63,917 nt of DNA from Octopus bimaculoides (lineage: Eukaryota), in contig NC_068983.1 of the NCBI RefSeq assembly GCF_001194135.2, positions 111,081,321 to 111,145,237 of the forward strand, written 5' to 3'. Position 1 is the first letter of the stretch; every line of letters begins with the position of its first letter. Under the pieces are notes generated by a model. It was not told the origin of the DNA. It worked only from the letters and a program-made list of their open reading frames with translations, and did not search any database. The position numbers and the translations under genes were made by a program. Positions 13,351 through 27,885 of the stretch are shown one piece after another.

Positions 13351-16300
13351 GCGGAATTAAAATAAATATAATCTTATGCCAATAGGAATTACTGAATCTG
13401 CACGTGAAGCTTTAATTACAATCTTCAACGGCTGTAATTTATTATCTCTACAGAAAGTAAATTGTCGTTAGTTCAAATTTTAGTAAATTCAAACCTGACT
13501 TTGATTTGTTTCTCACACATGAATTTCTAAAACAGTATTCTCAACATGGATGACAACCTGAAAATGTCGCTGCACTACCAGTAGCTTTTGAGACTTCCAG
13601 AATCTTTGTGCAATAGCTATTTGATTTTACACAGCATGTAGTGACATTCAAATAAAAACTAATATCATTTGTAACTCTAAACGAACTGCGTTTCCTCAGA
13701 TATCTTCGAAATTATATCCGATTGGACTGCCTACAATGATGCTTTAACTGATTCAGAATACTTTCTTCTCCTTTCCTTGCTCAACATGACACAAAGTCCT
13801 TGTCTCCATCATTCACCTAGGCACATAGAAGAATACCAAAAGTCTAAATAAATTCCTTATAGTAATTAATAGCGAAAGCATCACAGCTGATATATGCAGA
13901 GGGGAAGATATTCGGAATTAATGTAAAATGAAATGTTGTAGACTGCTGTGGAACCAGAATATGGAAAAATAAAACACTAAATTCGATGCAGATCAGGTTC
14001 ATACTTTCAAAATAGGCTCAAAATATTCTCAGATCTCTGATTAAATAGTGAAGTTGCTGGAGGATAAATTTAGAATTCTGAAGAAAATCAGATCAGATCA
14101 CTGGGCTTCACACTTGAAGCTGCGACTCGTCAAAGTTAAAAATGTTATTTCTGCAGGAATTTTACTTGACATAATCGTAGCAAATGTCCAATTCACCATA
14201 AATCCAGTTTCATCTTTCAGGAAAAATGTTTATGTTTGATGATATGCAGATTTTCGAGTGATTAACGCTTCTAATCTCCTCGACACTTGCCTATTTACAT
14301 TCTGCATCCAAAAGTGCATCATTGAGATGACTGCTCATGCAACTTCTCTAAAACGGCTCGTTGATACGAGTTGTTTCGAATGATATGATTAATTGTGCAT
14401 GATGTAAGGTTGCCAGCTAAAGTTTATACGTGTATGCTAGGGATGAAGACAGAGGAATTGTCAATGTCAGTCAGTAATTACTGAGTAACAGAATTAAAAG
14501 TAAAAGCATGTCCATATTTTCACATACTCGTACTGCTACATGACTGAGCAGTCGTTATTCATGCTATACCTTTCTGGATGAGCATTTCTCTTTTAAAGTA
14601 GGATTCGGTGATCCCCGATCAGATTTTGGGATTCGTTCTTGAATCTTGAATTTCCTTTCCATTTATGTCGCCGGATATTAACCGTCTAATTACAAAAGTT
14701 GAACCGTCTGCTGCCAATTCATTCAATCGGAAGTAAAAAATGCTCCCCGACAATATTGAATTAAATAACTTACACTATCATTAGAAATAGTCATTAATGG
14801 TAATTACAAAGGACGTTTAGTAGCTGAATACTCTGAAACTACTAGTAACTTTATGCTCTCACCGTTCTAATACCTTCTCGCAACAGATTTAGAATCGTCA
14901 TCTCATGTTGTATGTATCAATGTGCTGCTTTGCATTATAGTGATAAAGGATTTAGCACTTTTAAGACAAGTGATTAACTGCTTTGTTTTAAACGCCGCAA
15001 TTTCACTCCTACCAAAATTATTGTATGTTTCCAGTAAATTCTAAACCATCTTAAAATGCATTATTTCTAAGCAAGTACACTTATTTAGGCGACGTCACTA
15101 TACGGTAAACTAAAGAAGAACATGATTAATCGCAGTATTTCAGCGTTGTTTTTTTAATCGGATGTGGGTGTAAAAAATAGCGAAAAATGTACATTTTCAC
15201 TTAAATCTAACAGTATTCTCGGTTATCAAATTACATATAACAAATTGTGTTCTAACCTCCATTTTTAATTTCACTTAAACACATGTGCCTGGTAATAAAC
15301 TACTTTTATATTGTATGATAACTTTGTTTACTTATTAATGCAAATGCTTTCATTGTCAATGGTCAGTTTCCTGTTCGAAGGAAATTAATGACTCGGTTAA
15401 TGTCCCAAAACAACTATCATAGAGTCCGCCAGGACTAACGTAGCCGAAAATGTGCCATTTTATCTCGAAACGAACAATCCTCTGAGTCCTATCACGATTA
15501 CACTTATCAAAGTGGTAACCATGTGGAGTTATTTCTTCGATGCATCGTCAGGAAAACAGATAAAAGATAAAACGTATAAATCAGAGAGATACCGTGTGAG
15601 TGAGATGTCTATTGGTGATATGTCATGTAAGAATACTGAACTGTTTCCAACTTATTCACAGCGTTAATATTTTTGTAGAGAACGGGCTGGCAATTGACTA
15701 GGTATTTAACTGATGGTTATTTTACCAGACCGGAAGGTATGAAATGCAATTTTAGCATCGACAAGATTTGAACTCCAAACATAAAAGAGAGGAAAAATAC
15801 CACAGATTATTTCAGTGTAGAAATAATTGCATTAGTTATGAGAAAAGGAATGCTAATGAAGTATCAACAATTTGGGGGACTCGAACCATTGGGCATTTCG
15901 TTGACTGAGACATGTGAAGTGTTTAACTCAACCGTCTAGCAGCTTCTGAAAGGCCGGGAGTAAAGCATGTCAAGTAAATGACATGAAAGTGGCGGGCGGG
16001 CGGAATCCCTATGTTGAAGTGGCTTTGAGTCCGAATGAATGAAAATGTTGCACTGTATGTGACTGTGTGTCGAACAACTGTGACGAATCTGTAGTCGCAT
16101 GACTTCTAGATAGATGCAGGGATGGTTATAATCTCTTAAAGGTTGGATATGAGGTTAGATATAGATATAGAGAGAAATAGTATATGCGGTCTACGTGAGA
16201 ATAAAATGTGATGTATGAGATCTGAGTCGGAAAGAGCTCGGATGTTTACGAAAAAACGAGAGAATCGTCTAAGGGATTGGGATTTATTTTCTCGCATTAT

Positions 16301-16861
16301 GGAGAAGCGCAGAGAGTAACGGCATATAGACATTTCATCCGGAGATCTAGTCAAGGTGGGGTGAGCGGACACGACTACAAAATAATTTAAATTGATAAAA
16401 TTCTTAGGTAGCGTAACTAAATCGGGTGTAAAGAAATTTTAGCATGATTTCTATGTGAATCCTGGGGTAACATTGACACCGGCATTGCAACAAATGAAAG
16501 CATTCTAAATGTATCTTCTTTAGTGTCGAACATATCCAAACTGCAATGCAGACGTCCTGGCCAGTGAAGTTTCAAGAAAAAATATTTATGAGGAGACTAC
16601 GGATATGGCACATTGAGATGGATATAAGGAAATAAATCAAGATATAGATTGGTTACTTGAATCTCAGAGCAAAGAAATATTTGAGAACCTCATGAACATA
16701 GGAAAACATCGTAATGAAGAAGCTGATAAATATTTGGATGTAGAACCATGAAATATTCTAATGCGTAAGCTGAATGTGAATTTTTTCCAGTTGTTGCATA
16801 AAAATATACTCCAAGAAAAAGAAGCTCAAAAACAAATAGGTTAATAATGATTTCAAATATT

Positions 16862-17046
16862 GAAATAAGGCCTGGAGCTTTTTATGGTGAAGTGAGAAAT
16901 GTTGATCACATCGATCCCAGTAATTTACTGGTACGTTTTTTATCAATGAAATGCAAAGTCGACCTTGGTAGAATTTGGATTCGGAAAGTAAAAACGAACG
17001 AGTAGCTGCTTAGTAGTTTGTGTGCTAAGGATTTTTACCAGCTCAC
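16862..17046 (-). mobile_element. SINE family B (Deu/Nin-domain-like), decayed
   Basis: Reverse complement contains gtcgactttgcatttcatt...gtaccagt...ctgggatcgatgtgatc, homologous to 40612-40819 and 34215-34412. Confidence 0.7.
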
Positions 17047-18903
17047 GAATTTCATACCGTTTAATAAAGAGTTCGCACAAATACAACAAGAAATTCTACG
17101 AAGAGAAAAATAATAATCGGCGAAACAAATGCTTGGAAATTTCTTTTAAGTAAATAAATAGCTTAGTCATTTGTATTCATCTTTCGTAAATGTATATACA
17201 TTACGCACATTTCAATGTTTAATGCTCGAAGTCTTCATTTAAGAGTTTGTTGATGTTTTTCTGAGTTGGAAGCGAGAATTATACCGTGGGAATATACTGA
17301 TGGGAACGTAACTATTATTTATATCATTAAACCTATGATAAAATTGATTTCGCTTTCTATCATTTCCCTTAAAGGTGCACTTCTCAAGCCCCTTTCAACG
17401 ACGTGAAGTGAGAACTGACAATATATGTATATATATATATATANNNNNNNNNNNNNNNNNNNNNNNNNNNNNNNNNNNNNNNNNNNNNNNNNNNNNNNNN
17501 NNNNNNNNNNNNNNNNNNNNNNNNNNNNNNNNNNNNNNNNNNNNNNNNNNNNNNNNNNNNNNNNNNNNNNNNNNNNNNNNNNNNNNNNNNNNNNNNNNNN
17601 NNNNNNNNNNNNNNNNNNNNNNNNNNNNNNNNNNNNNNNNNNNNNNNNNNNNNNNNNNNNNNNNNNNNNNNNNNNNNNNNNNNNNNNNNNNNNNNNNNNN
17701 NNNNNNNNNNNNNNNNNNNNNNNNNNNNNNNNNNNNNNNNNNNNNNNNNNNNNNNNNNNNNNNNNNNNNNNNNNNNNNNNNNNNNNNNNNNNNNNNNNNN
17801 NNNNNNNNNNNNNNNNNNNNNNNNNNNNNNNNNNNNNNNNNNNNNNNNNNNNNNNNNNNNNNNNNNNNNNNNNNNNNNNNNNNNNNNNNNNNNNNNNNNN
17901 NNNNNNNNNNNNNNNNNNNNNNNNNNNNNNNNNNNNNNNNNNNNNNNNNNNNNNNNNNNNNNNNNNNNNNNNNNNNNNNNNNNNNNNNNNNNNNNNNNNN
18001 NNNNNNNNNNNNNNNNNNNNNNNNNNNNNNNNNNNNNNNNNNNNNNNNTATATATATATATATATATGTGAGTGTGTGTGTGTGTGTGTGTATATGTATA
18101 TATATATATATATATATACACGTATATATGCGTGTGTGTGTGTATGCATGTGTATGTATGCGTGTATACATATATATGTACACGTGCATACATAAATATA
18201 TAGGTATGTGTGCGCGCGCGTATATGTGTGTAGGTGGATGGGAGAATGAATGAGAGGGAATGGTCGAATGCATTATGACGTTAGGAAGTAATTCAGTGGA
18301 AATATTAAGTGGAGTGACACTACACCATCAACACCAGTACTTACTGACATACATCAATTTTAAGGTTGACATGAGTTGATAACTGGTTAACTGAATCAGT
18401 TATGTCTCAGAAGATTCTCAGATATAATAAAGTAGTTTGGAAAAATTAGTTTCTCGGTTTTCTTTTGTTAAAAGCTTCTTTATGAAAATGGGAAAAAAAT
18501 GAAAATCTCGGTGAAGATGTGATCCAATTCTATTTGAACAAAGGATTAATTTGTTAACGGTATGTCACGTAGTTAGTAACTATATTATTTACCTTCTTCA
18601 TACTTATGTAATCATTGATCCACATCAGTTTACCGTATTTTCAAATCATACTTGACGAGTTGTTACCTCAATTTGACAAGATTCAAAATCATAAACGCAT
18701 TATTTAACCAATTGTTAACATTACCCAGAGCGGGGTTTTATTGACTGAGTCAGTAGTATGTCAACCTGCAGAGCAACGGGAACATACGAACAGTTAATAT
18801 CTTTTCTGTAACTCTGAGCGATTTTGTAAGTCGAGAGAATAACTCGTTTAATGACGCTTACATGTAGCTGTGCATTCTATTGCTCTAAGAATGTACAACT
18901 TAC

Positions 18904-18954
18904 CTGCGCTTACGGAACTGAAAGCAACCCTTCAAATGGCTTAATGCATATAAT
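18904..18954 (-). CDS. Candidate 51-nt exon LYALSHLKGCFQFRKR (or non-coding exon)
   Basis: Consensus-like splice sites tttcatgcag| and CAG|gtaagt. Only one frame is open (phase 2 to 2). Confidence 0.35.
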
Positions 18955-19753
18955 CTGCATGAAATGTAGGATTCTAAATGCACCCCATCATTATATATAT
19001 ACATATAAGTGCCTACATATCAATAAAATCATGCTTAGATATACATACACAAACATACTCATATAAGTGTGTGTGCACTGGCTATTGTTGGTAATCTAAT
19101 TATTTTCACGCTGAGACTGCTAAGATTGGCTACACGAATATGAAATTTATGTGAATGCATTGAATTTGAACCTCAAGTCTATAGTAATTATTTGTTTTCT
19201 TTTTGCAATCTTTTCCCCCGTAATTTCAGTTTTAATGCAAAGCTATTATACAAAAAGACTGCGATATTTAGTCTATGAAATTCAACTGTTAATTTCCTGT
19301 ATCATTCATAGATATATCCTATTGCTTGTAGTTATGCTCATATAATTGACCAGAAAAATCATATGCTTTTATTCGGTACGCCAGAAGGAGAAAATAGCAC
19401 TATTAACTTTTTTATCATTTATAATATTTGTTTGAGGCACTAAGCGTGCATACCGATTAGACTGCAATCAAAGGTATACTCAATGATACACACTGCCTTC
19501 ATATTATTCCTGTAAGAATCGATTCACTATGGAAAGAATTCAAAGACAATTTATTAAAGACGTAACAGTTATATTTTTTGTATTAATCGTAAGACAATTG
19601 ATTGGGAAATATATGTTTGAAATCTAAGTCAAATGCATTTATTAACGATACACATTCATGCAATTTTTTTTTAGAATACCTAAGTTCAGTATGACAGGTA
19701 CAGTATTTTAGTTATTGGCATTGCGTGTTCAAGTTCAGCCATATGCGCATTTA

Positions 19754-19958
19754 CGAGGGAGTGCTGAAATGTTCCTAGCTTTAAGCGTGTTACGAATGGC
19801 CCAAACTTCCGAGTTCTTTTCCAGAGCTTAGAAAAACTGAAGGGCTACAGCAATAAGTGTATGAATCTGAGATTAGAATATGTTGAATAAAATCATAATT
19901 AAGTGCTCATGTTCTATTTTCTTTTATCTAAAGTCAAGAAGTTTTCAGCACACCCTCG
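19754..19958 (+). mobile_element. Mariner-derived internally deleted element (MITE), 205 bp
   Basis: TA|CGAGGGAGTGCTGAAATGTTCCTAGCTTTA...TAAAGTCAAGAAGTTTTCAGCACACCCTCG|TA. TIRs match at 24/30, TA on both sides. The interior retains a remnant of the mariner C-terminus (NKCMNLRLEYVE*). Confidence 0.85.
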
Positions 19959-22644
19959 TATGTGATATGGACATAGCGTATTTAGATTTCTTAAAGCGTT
20001 AGTAACGTAGTCGTATCTTAACCGAATACTATACTAGATTATGTTATCAATTTCGTTCCCAGAGTTAAGTATTTGCAAAATTTATTATTATTTAAACGTA
20101 CGCTCAAAAATTTCAATTATACACTCATAGGAATACAGCGAAGAGAAATACAATAGTATTATCTTATGAGCTATTTTATGGAAGTCATTCTAGAGTTAAT
20201 ATTTTGAACGAATGATAAAAATAACGCATAGCAACTTACAAGGAAAAAGAGGGACGTGCAAAACTACTACAAAAAATATAATTTTCAAACAGGTTTCTCC
20301 TAAGACATAATCTTCATTTCTGGCTATGTGGACTGTACACCATCGCAAGAGTCAAATACTTCAAACTAAATACAATCTCAAAAGAAGTGCATTTCATACC
20401 TTTAAACTTCGATACACTTTATAGTTTTCAAAGAAACCGTTAAATGTCCATGGGTACCAACAGTAAAAGTTTAATTTACTTCTCTTACTAAAGTAGTTTG
20501 AAATATTGTTTCTCGGTTTCTTTTTGGTTTCTTTCTTGGTTTTGATAATTTCAGTTTTTAAAAAGCTGTAGTCGATAACCTATACTTCAATTTATTACGG
20601 ATTTCTATTGTACTTCTTGAAGGGAAAAATAATGCCACAAAAAAATTGAATCAAGAGCTGGGAAAAAGGAAATTAAACTCTAGTATATTTAATTTTCTGC
20701 TCTACTTCAACGGTCAACTTTTTACACTATACTGTCTGTCTGAAATATTAACATTTTCTTTAGTGCAAATATCGAACAACTTTCAGTTAACATCGTGGCT
20801 AATTTTCTTAAAATATGATACCCTTCAGGAACGAAAATAAAAGGGAGAAACAATACTAAGTCAAAGAACATATTGAGTAATGTGGTTCATTAAACACCAA
20901 CCAATTATACTAAAGTTCATATTAGTGGATTTATTCTCAATAATAAAGTTTTTATATATAATCATGAAAGTAGAGGATGATAAAACGATTATTTTACAAC
21001 CTGATAGTTAACTGGTATTTATTTCATCAACTCCGGAAATGTGAAAGGTAAATTTGCCCCACTAGTATATAACCACAGAAGGTAAAAGGATTGATAAAAT
21101 AATGACTTAGCAACTATGAAATCCACTTCTCCCTTTTAAAGTGGTTTCAATAATGTCTAGCATTGACACAAACAACTGAAAATATTTGACAGAAGAGGGC
21201 AGTTGATAAAACTGACACAAGTATTTCACCAGTCTTTATTTTATCGGTCCTAGAAATGATTAAAATCAAAATTGACATCGGAAGGACTTTTATTGAGAAA
21301 CAAATGTAATTAAATACTGCATGAAATTTTGTTCACCGCTTTTCTTTTTTGACCAATCCTTCACCCAATTTTGAATACATTAAACAGAAGCAACTTCCAA
21401 CGAAATATGTCTAGTAAAATTACTTTGAGCAAACGTTCGTATTGAATTCCGAATATATGTTAACGGTGCACACATATAAATATAGTAAGCAACCTTATTT
21501 AATATCCATCATCTCTAACGTTGATCATCAAACTTCTATTAACCCAGCCTATTTTGTGAAATTGATTTCCTGTAATGTCATTTTGTTTGCTCAAATTTGA
21601 AGATGCTACACCAACGTAACTAATGTTCTGGGGTAAAATCCTAAAACTTATAATTTTTATTTTATATACATTAACTGACTTGAGATTGTAACGAAGTAAA
21701 ATCGATTTTTTTCTCACATACGTTATGAGACTACTGGAAATACAATGAGATTTAATTATCATCGTATTCTATATAGCGAGATATCGACAGGGTTTCAGTT
21801 TCACATTAGATAACTGGAATCTTTGTCACACTTGTCATTGTGAACAACATAAGGGTAAGTCATTCCCGACTTTAAACGTTTTCTTCTACCTCAAACTATG
21901 CAACTAAATTTTTAATGACATGGCTGGAGGCTTCAGTAGACCCTTCTGCACATTAAATACAAATGTAGTAAGGTCTCATATAGATTAAGATAGATTACGA
22001 TGTAAAATATTAATCAACTGAAAGTATACGAGGAATTAGTGGATGAAAATCCATTTTAGAGTTGCTTAAAATCTAAAACCAGAAGAAGTGACCGTCTAAG
22101 CTCAGTCCATTGAAATGTCTTATAAAATCGCCGAAGCAAATCGGAGTAGATATGGCTTTTAAATCTAACTGGCAAACGTAGGTTTGCTTTAAGTGCGTGA
22201 TCCACTCCTGTCTATAGTGTTGAAATAATGATTTTTCGCTACTTTAACTACTGCAGTAGAACACTAGATTACATTGTTTACTGTCATGCATATATATTTA
22301 TTCTAAGCTCGAGTCACAGAGTGACTGAATGTCTTTTACTTCCCCGAGGGAATACCTTCTTCCAGCTACTTCTGAGTTTCATTAAATCAAGCCCAATACA
22401 TCTCTGAGCTCATTTCATAAAGTTAACCTGTTGCCATTCTTTCTACATTTATAAGTCAACATCTTTTATTAAATATTGCCTGTGTCTACGGAAAATCGAT
22501 ATTTTTTTCGTCTCGTGTCATACAGAAACCAATAATTTTAGTTCAGGATATATCTTCATGTTTTTCTCCTCTATTATTTGCTGTTTCTACATGTTTTCCA
22601 ACTTTTCCAACCCACGTCATTTGTCTGATTCTGATTTTGCATAG

Positions 22645-22771
22645 AGAACATCTGGCCCACTTTGCCTCTTCGAAAACATTATCCTAGGTGACATCAATAA
22701 ATTGTTCCCCTGTAATACTAGAGCCACAGAAAACGAATCGTGTGCCATCCAGAAGTGCATGTCCCAGTTAG
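22645..22771 (+). CDS. Candidate Cys-rich exon RTSGPLCLFENIILGDINKLFPCNTRATENESCAIQKCMSQL
   Basis: Good acceptor (ctgattttgcatag|), weak donor (TAG|gttcgt). PC...ENESC.IQKC resembles the end of a TSP1-type module. Not confirmed. Confidence 0.3.
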
Positions 22772-22791
22772 GTTCGTCACTCAGCAGTATA

Positions 22792-23007
22792 CTCTTTACT
22801 ATTTTACTTGTTTCAGTCATTTGACTGCGGCCTTTTAGTCGAGCAAATCGACCCCAGGACTTATTCTTTGTAAGCCTAGTACTTATTCTATCGGTCTCTT
22901 TTTGCCGAAACGCTAAGTTACGGGGACGTAAACACACCAGCCTCGATTGTCAAGTGAAGTTGGGGGGACAAACACAGACACACAAACATATACACACACA
23001 CACACAC

Positions 23008-23056
<49 letters not shown>

Positions 23057-23222
23057 TACGACAGGCTTCTTTCAGTTTCCGTCTACCAAATCCACTCACA
23101 AGGCTTTGGTCGGCCCGAGGCGATAGGAGAAGACACTTGCCCAAGGTGCCACGCAGTGGGATTGAACCCAGAACCATCTGGTTGGTAAGCAGGCTACTTA
23201 CCACACAGCCACTCCAGCGCCT
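22792..23222 (-). mobile_element. SINE family A, full length
   Basis: Reverse complement aligns end to end with 1473-1888, including the tRNA-like head and internal (TA)n/(CA)n. Confidence 0.92.
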
Positions 23223-23777
23223 ATCTTTACTTATTCACTATGTCTCCATATACTATGTACATTTTCAACTCGAAACATGATATTTATCCTGTCTAACCAA
23301 ATTGTGGAGGAACCTTTTTATGATTAAACGACTTTTTAAAGGTAACTGTAAAATCTCATTTAAATGGTTCTCTTCTGTTTTAAAAGATGTACTCACTGTA
23401 AATGAATAGAAATGAAATAATTATGAAAATTAAACTTGGTGCTGAATTGGTTCTGCACAGTAAAGACGCCAGTCTTTACAAATAATTTTAAAAGTTAAAT
23501 AATTGTACATATTGATTAAAGTAAAAAATATATATATTTGGTTATGAGAGGTAAATATCCAATTTACCTTATTATGATTCGAAATTATAATTAAAAATTA
23601 CCACTGTATAATAATTGGTTTCTGCTAATTAATCATTCCGTTTTGCTCAGGGATATTCCGTTTTCTTTTTTCATTCCATACACTCCTTCCCTAAATGTAT
23701 TAATACTAAACTATTGTTAATGTTTCTTACGCATATATTTTCACCAAGCCATTGTTCCGGTTACAGCTGTATAACAA

Positions 23778-23789
23778 CAGTAGTAGTGT

Positions 23790-23850
<61 letters not shown>

Positions 23851-23925
23851 TATAATGATAATAATTATTGTTGGTATTATTATTGTTGTTTTTGTTATTA
23901 TTATTATTATTATTGTTGTTGTTGT

Positions 23926-23973
<48 letters not shown>
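23778..23973. repeat. Compound (GTA)n-(TTA/TTG)n-(TG)n microsatellite
   Basis: Read directly from the sequence. Confidence 0.95.
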
Positions 23974-23975
<2 letters not shown>

Positions 23976-24871
23976 GTTCAGTGTTATATGCTACTTTTAA
24001 AATGTCTGACATTTTACATTCTCATTAGACTTTTTCACAAAAGTTACTCATTAGGCCTAATATTTTCAGTAGCAATAATTGTCAGTAAAAAGCCATAAAA
24101 CCTTAATTTTTAACAAACTGAATTATATTCATTAAACATGCTTAATATTCTATGAGAAATTCCCTGGAGAATCTGAGATACCATCTTATTGAGACAATGC
24201 ATTCAATTTCATCGAATAATAAAAAATAATTTATGCGACAAATTCTATGTTTGTTTAATTCGACAGCAAACATAGTACACCCTCAGGAGTGAGGATTATT
24301 TGAAATGAACTGACAAATATACAGTTGAAATAAAGTTAAGGATTATGAATGCTTTCTGTCGTTTAATGTAGCCTATACTTACGCATTGCTTGAGAAAATG
24401 TAAGTTCAATCCTTGATTATGGTTTTCTATTAGGATACAAATGGATGTGTCTGCCTTCCTTCAGACTGATAAATCATTTCAAAACATTTTCAGTGAGCTT
24501 TTTATTCAAAGATGACCCACGGATAGTCTACATGAAGTCAATAAGCAAATACTATATATATATATATACGTTCTTTTATTTCTAACTGAAATATTTCAAC
24601 TGTTTAAAGATTAAGTTCATATGTGAAGCTATTTTGCTCATTCATGAAAGGTTTCAGGCTGAAGGAGACATTGATAATATAAGCATTACTTATATATCTG
24701 GTTGGAAATAGATGTTTGCGTTTTCTTGCCATATGCATTTCCCTATAATCAATGTATTTAAATTTGCGCAACAAGGAACTATAGACAATTTTGAATTAAT
24801 TGTAATTTATCTACTTCATTCTTGTATGCAAGACATTCGATTTATTTCGGAGTTTACATAACTTCTTCCTC

Positions 24872-24902
<31 letters not shown>

Positions 24903-25386
24903 CACTAATCATTTTGTTTATTGCCCATCGATATGTCAACTTAATGATTCCAATAACTACATTGACCATGAATGGCTTCCTCCCATTAAATCGTACATAA
25001 TATTTTATTAGTCTATTCACTAATTTATTTGCGTAGAATCGGCTACCGCTGCTTACACCTTACCGTCTGATTGCACAAGATTTTTCTTATATTATCGTGT
25101 GTTTGATGATCACTCTTTAAGAGATGTGAAATCGAAAACAATTTCAAATCATACATTTCATGGAATATTATAATGCAGATGTATCCTTTCTCCTAAAGCT
25201 TTGCAGTATAAGGAATTCTAGTTTTACTAATTTAAGACGGAAAAATGTTTCGATATCATAATCATTCATCTTAATGAATTCGTATTTTTTAAACGTTATT
25301 TTAATGACAGACTTGCTTCATTCATACTACTTCATTATTAGACATCAAAGGAACATAATGGCTTACTGTAAAAGGCAACGATCATC

Positions 25387-25390
<4 letters not shown>

Positions 25391-25460
<70 letters not shown>
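25391..25460. repeat. (GA)n microsatellite
   Basis: Read directly from the sequence. Confidence 0.98.
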
Positions 25461-25462
<2 letters not shown>

Positions 25463-27842
25463 ATAGAAACAAAGTAGTATACTAGTATTTATAGTGAGAC
25501 TTAAGCATTATTCAACTAATGACTACACTGGAAGCGAGTGTGCTAGTTAGATGTGGCATCTGTCTGAAAAAGCAAAACTGATACAGTATGCGATTCTTCA
25601 TAGCAAAACTAGTTGATTAAAAGAATAACTTAATTTTTTTAAATCTATTTTTAGCTTCGAAAAAGTTAATACAGAGTATTCGTCTGTAATTTGAGTCGAT
25701 ATTTTGTTTTATTTGAAAATGTTACCATACTTAAAATTGGGATTATGATAATTGTTTGAAATGAATTCTATAGTATTTCCAATTGGAGTTAATAAGCGAG
25801 AGAAGTAAGATGCGAATCAATTATGTATTTCGCATAGCTGCTTGTTTTCGATGAAATAAGGGTTTGTGACAAGCGCATGAATAAATGACCGAAGTATAGC
25901 GTAGTATTTGTTGCAAAAGTTTTAGTTACGCATTGCATATCTAATGTCATTGGTCTAATGAATAAAACATTAACAGGACATGCCTTGTCTGTGGAAATTC
26001 ATGATAAAATATAAAAGAACTAGGACGAAAGAACGGTTACCAATCTTCTCTTAATTACTCCTGCTGTGAATGACTTGTTTGTGAAGAGAGTGCTATATTA
26101 CTGTTATCAACCGTATTGCCAGCAGTCCGTACTGTGAGTAGCTTTTTATATCTAAAAGATAGACTCTTACTAGAAGCTCCGCATTAAATAACGTACGCCA
26201 TTCACCGTTAAGTAGTAAATATCTATAGCCTTATTCTAATCGACTAACCATAAGATTAGCCAATTGTAGATTGATCATCTATCTTGTGACTCCTCTGTCT
26301 TCACGGGTAAATAAATTACTTGCAGACGAATTTCCATGCCTTCTCTGCAATAGATTTTCTCTTTGTTCCGGAACATTTTGATTATAGATTATGCCTAGAT
26401 AACGAAATATTATCTTTTACTGTGAAAGTTTCATTGTGTTAACCGACAGTTGAAGTCGCCAGGAAGTCGTCACCCAATGGTAAATATTTTAGAGGGGAAA
26501 TATACGTATTTTTTGCGTTTAAATTTACAAGTGTTAAGATACACATAAAATCAATTTTGCAACACTTGAAACTCGTAGGAATTAACTTCTAAGAAGAAAA
26601 CATATGGTAAGAGACACTATTTGTTATGAAAAATGTCCTTTTTATATGGAAAAGTGATTATGTCCTAAGTTTATATTTCTAATTTCTATGTATATGTTTT
26701 ATGAAATGTTTTAATACCCTAGATGACGAAATCACATTCAAAATATACAAACTATTCATTTTTGTAAAGAAAAATCAAAACTAAATTAGTTTCTTGAGTA
26801 AATGGTAAGGAAGTAGTAAAGTTTGTGAGAGAGGGGATGTGTTTCTTTTGTGTAATTTTACATATAACTTTACACAAATCGTATCAAAATGAATTTGCAA
26901 TTGATTAAACTTGATTATTCTCTTTCTGTTTTTGGAATCAATTAGTTTGGAAGTAATCAGTTCTACTGTCATACTTTCACTATATCAGAACTTGGGGTAA
27001 GGAAGACCCAATGTAGTCATTTTGTTTTATATCTAACAATCTATCTTATACATATGTGCGAAACACTGGCTCTTAATATAAGAAGCGTCCAATAGGCTGA
27101 ATACTTTTTCAAATCACGTTGACAGATGCTGAACCTATAATAATTGCTACTGTAAGAAATATTGTTAACCTGTCATTGATAAGAAAGTTAATTAATAACA
27201 TTTTAATTTTAAATGAATAATTTAATCGGTGAGATCAATTAGTAAGAGTCTTGAGAAGCAACTAATTTAATAATAGCAATACCTTACCTTATCTAATTTT
27301 ATTTCCCGGCATACAGATTTTAAATGCATATACATACATATATATATGTATATATATATGTATATATATATATANNNNNNNNNNNNNNNNNNNNNNNNNN
27401 NNNNNNNNNNNNNNNNNNNNNNNNNNNNNNNNNNNNNNNNNNNNNNNNNNNNNNNNNNNNNNNNNNNNNNNNNNNNNNNNNNNNNNNNNNNNNNNNNNNN
27501 NNNNNNNNNNNNNNNNNNNNNNNNNNNNNNNNNNNNNNNNNNNNNNNNNNNNNNNNNNNNNNNNNNNNNNNNNNNNNNNNNNNNNNNNNNNNNNNNNNNN
27601 NNNNNNNNNNNNNNNNNNNNNNNNNNNNNNNNNNNNNNNNNNNNNNNNNNNNNNNNNNNNNNNNNNNNNNNNNNNNNNNNNNNNNNNNNNNNNNNNNNNN
27701 NNNNNNNNNNNNNNNNNNNNNNNNNNNNNNNNNNNNNNNNNNNNNNNNNNNNNNNNNNNNNNNNNNNNNNNNNNNNNNNNNNNNNNNNNNNNNNNNNATA
27801 TATATATATATATATATATATTTGTATATATAAATATTTGTT

Positions 27843-27885
<43 letters not shown>

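Noticed and set aside
15422-15597. Cadherin-like wording (NVAENVP...FDASSG) in a plus-strand open frame
   Set aside because: The Ca-binding motifs (DxD, DxNDN) and their spacing are absent.
15860-15935. Minus-strand tRNA-like stretch with GGTTCGAGTCC B box
   Set aside because: No complete cloverleaf; most likely a decayed SINE head.
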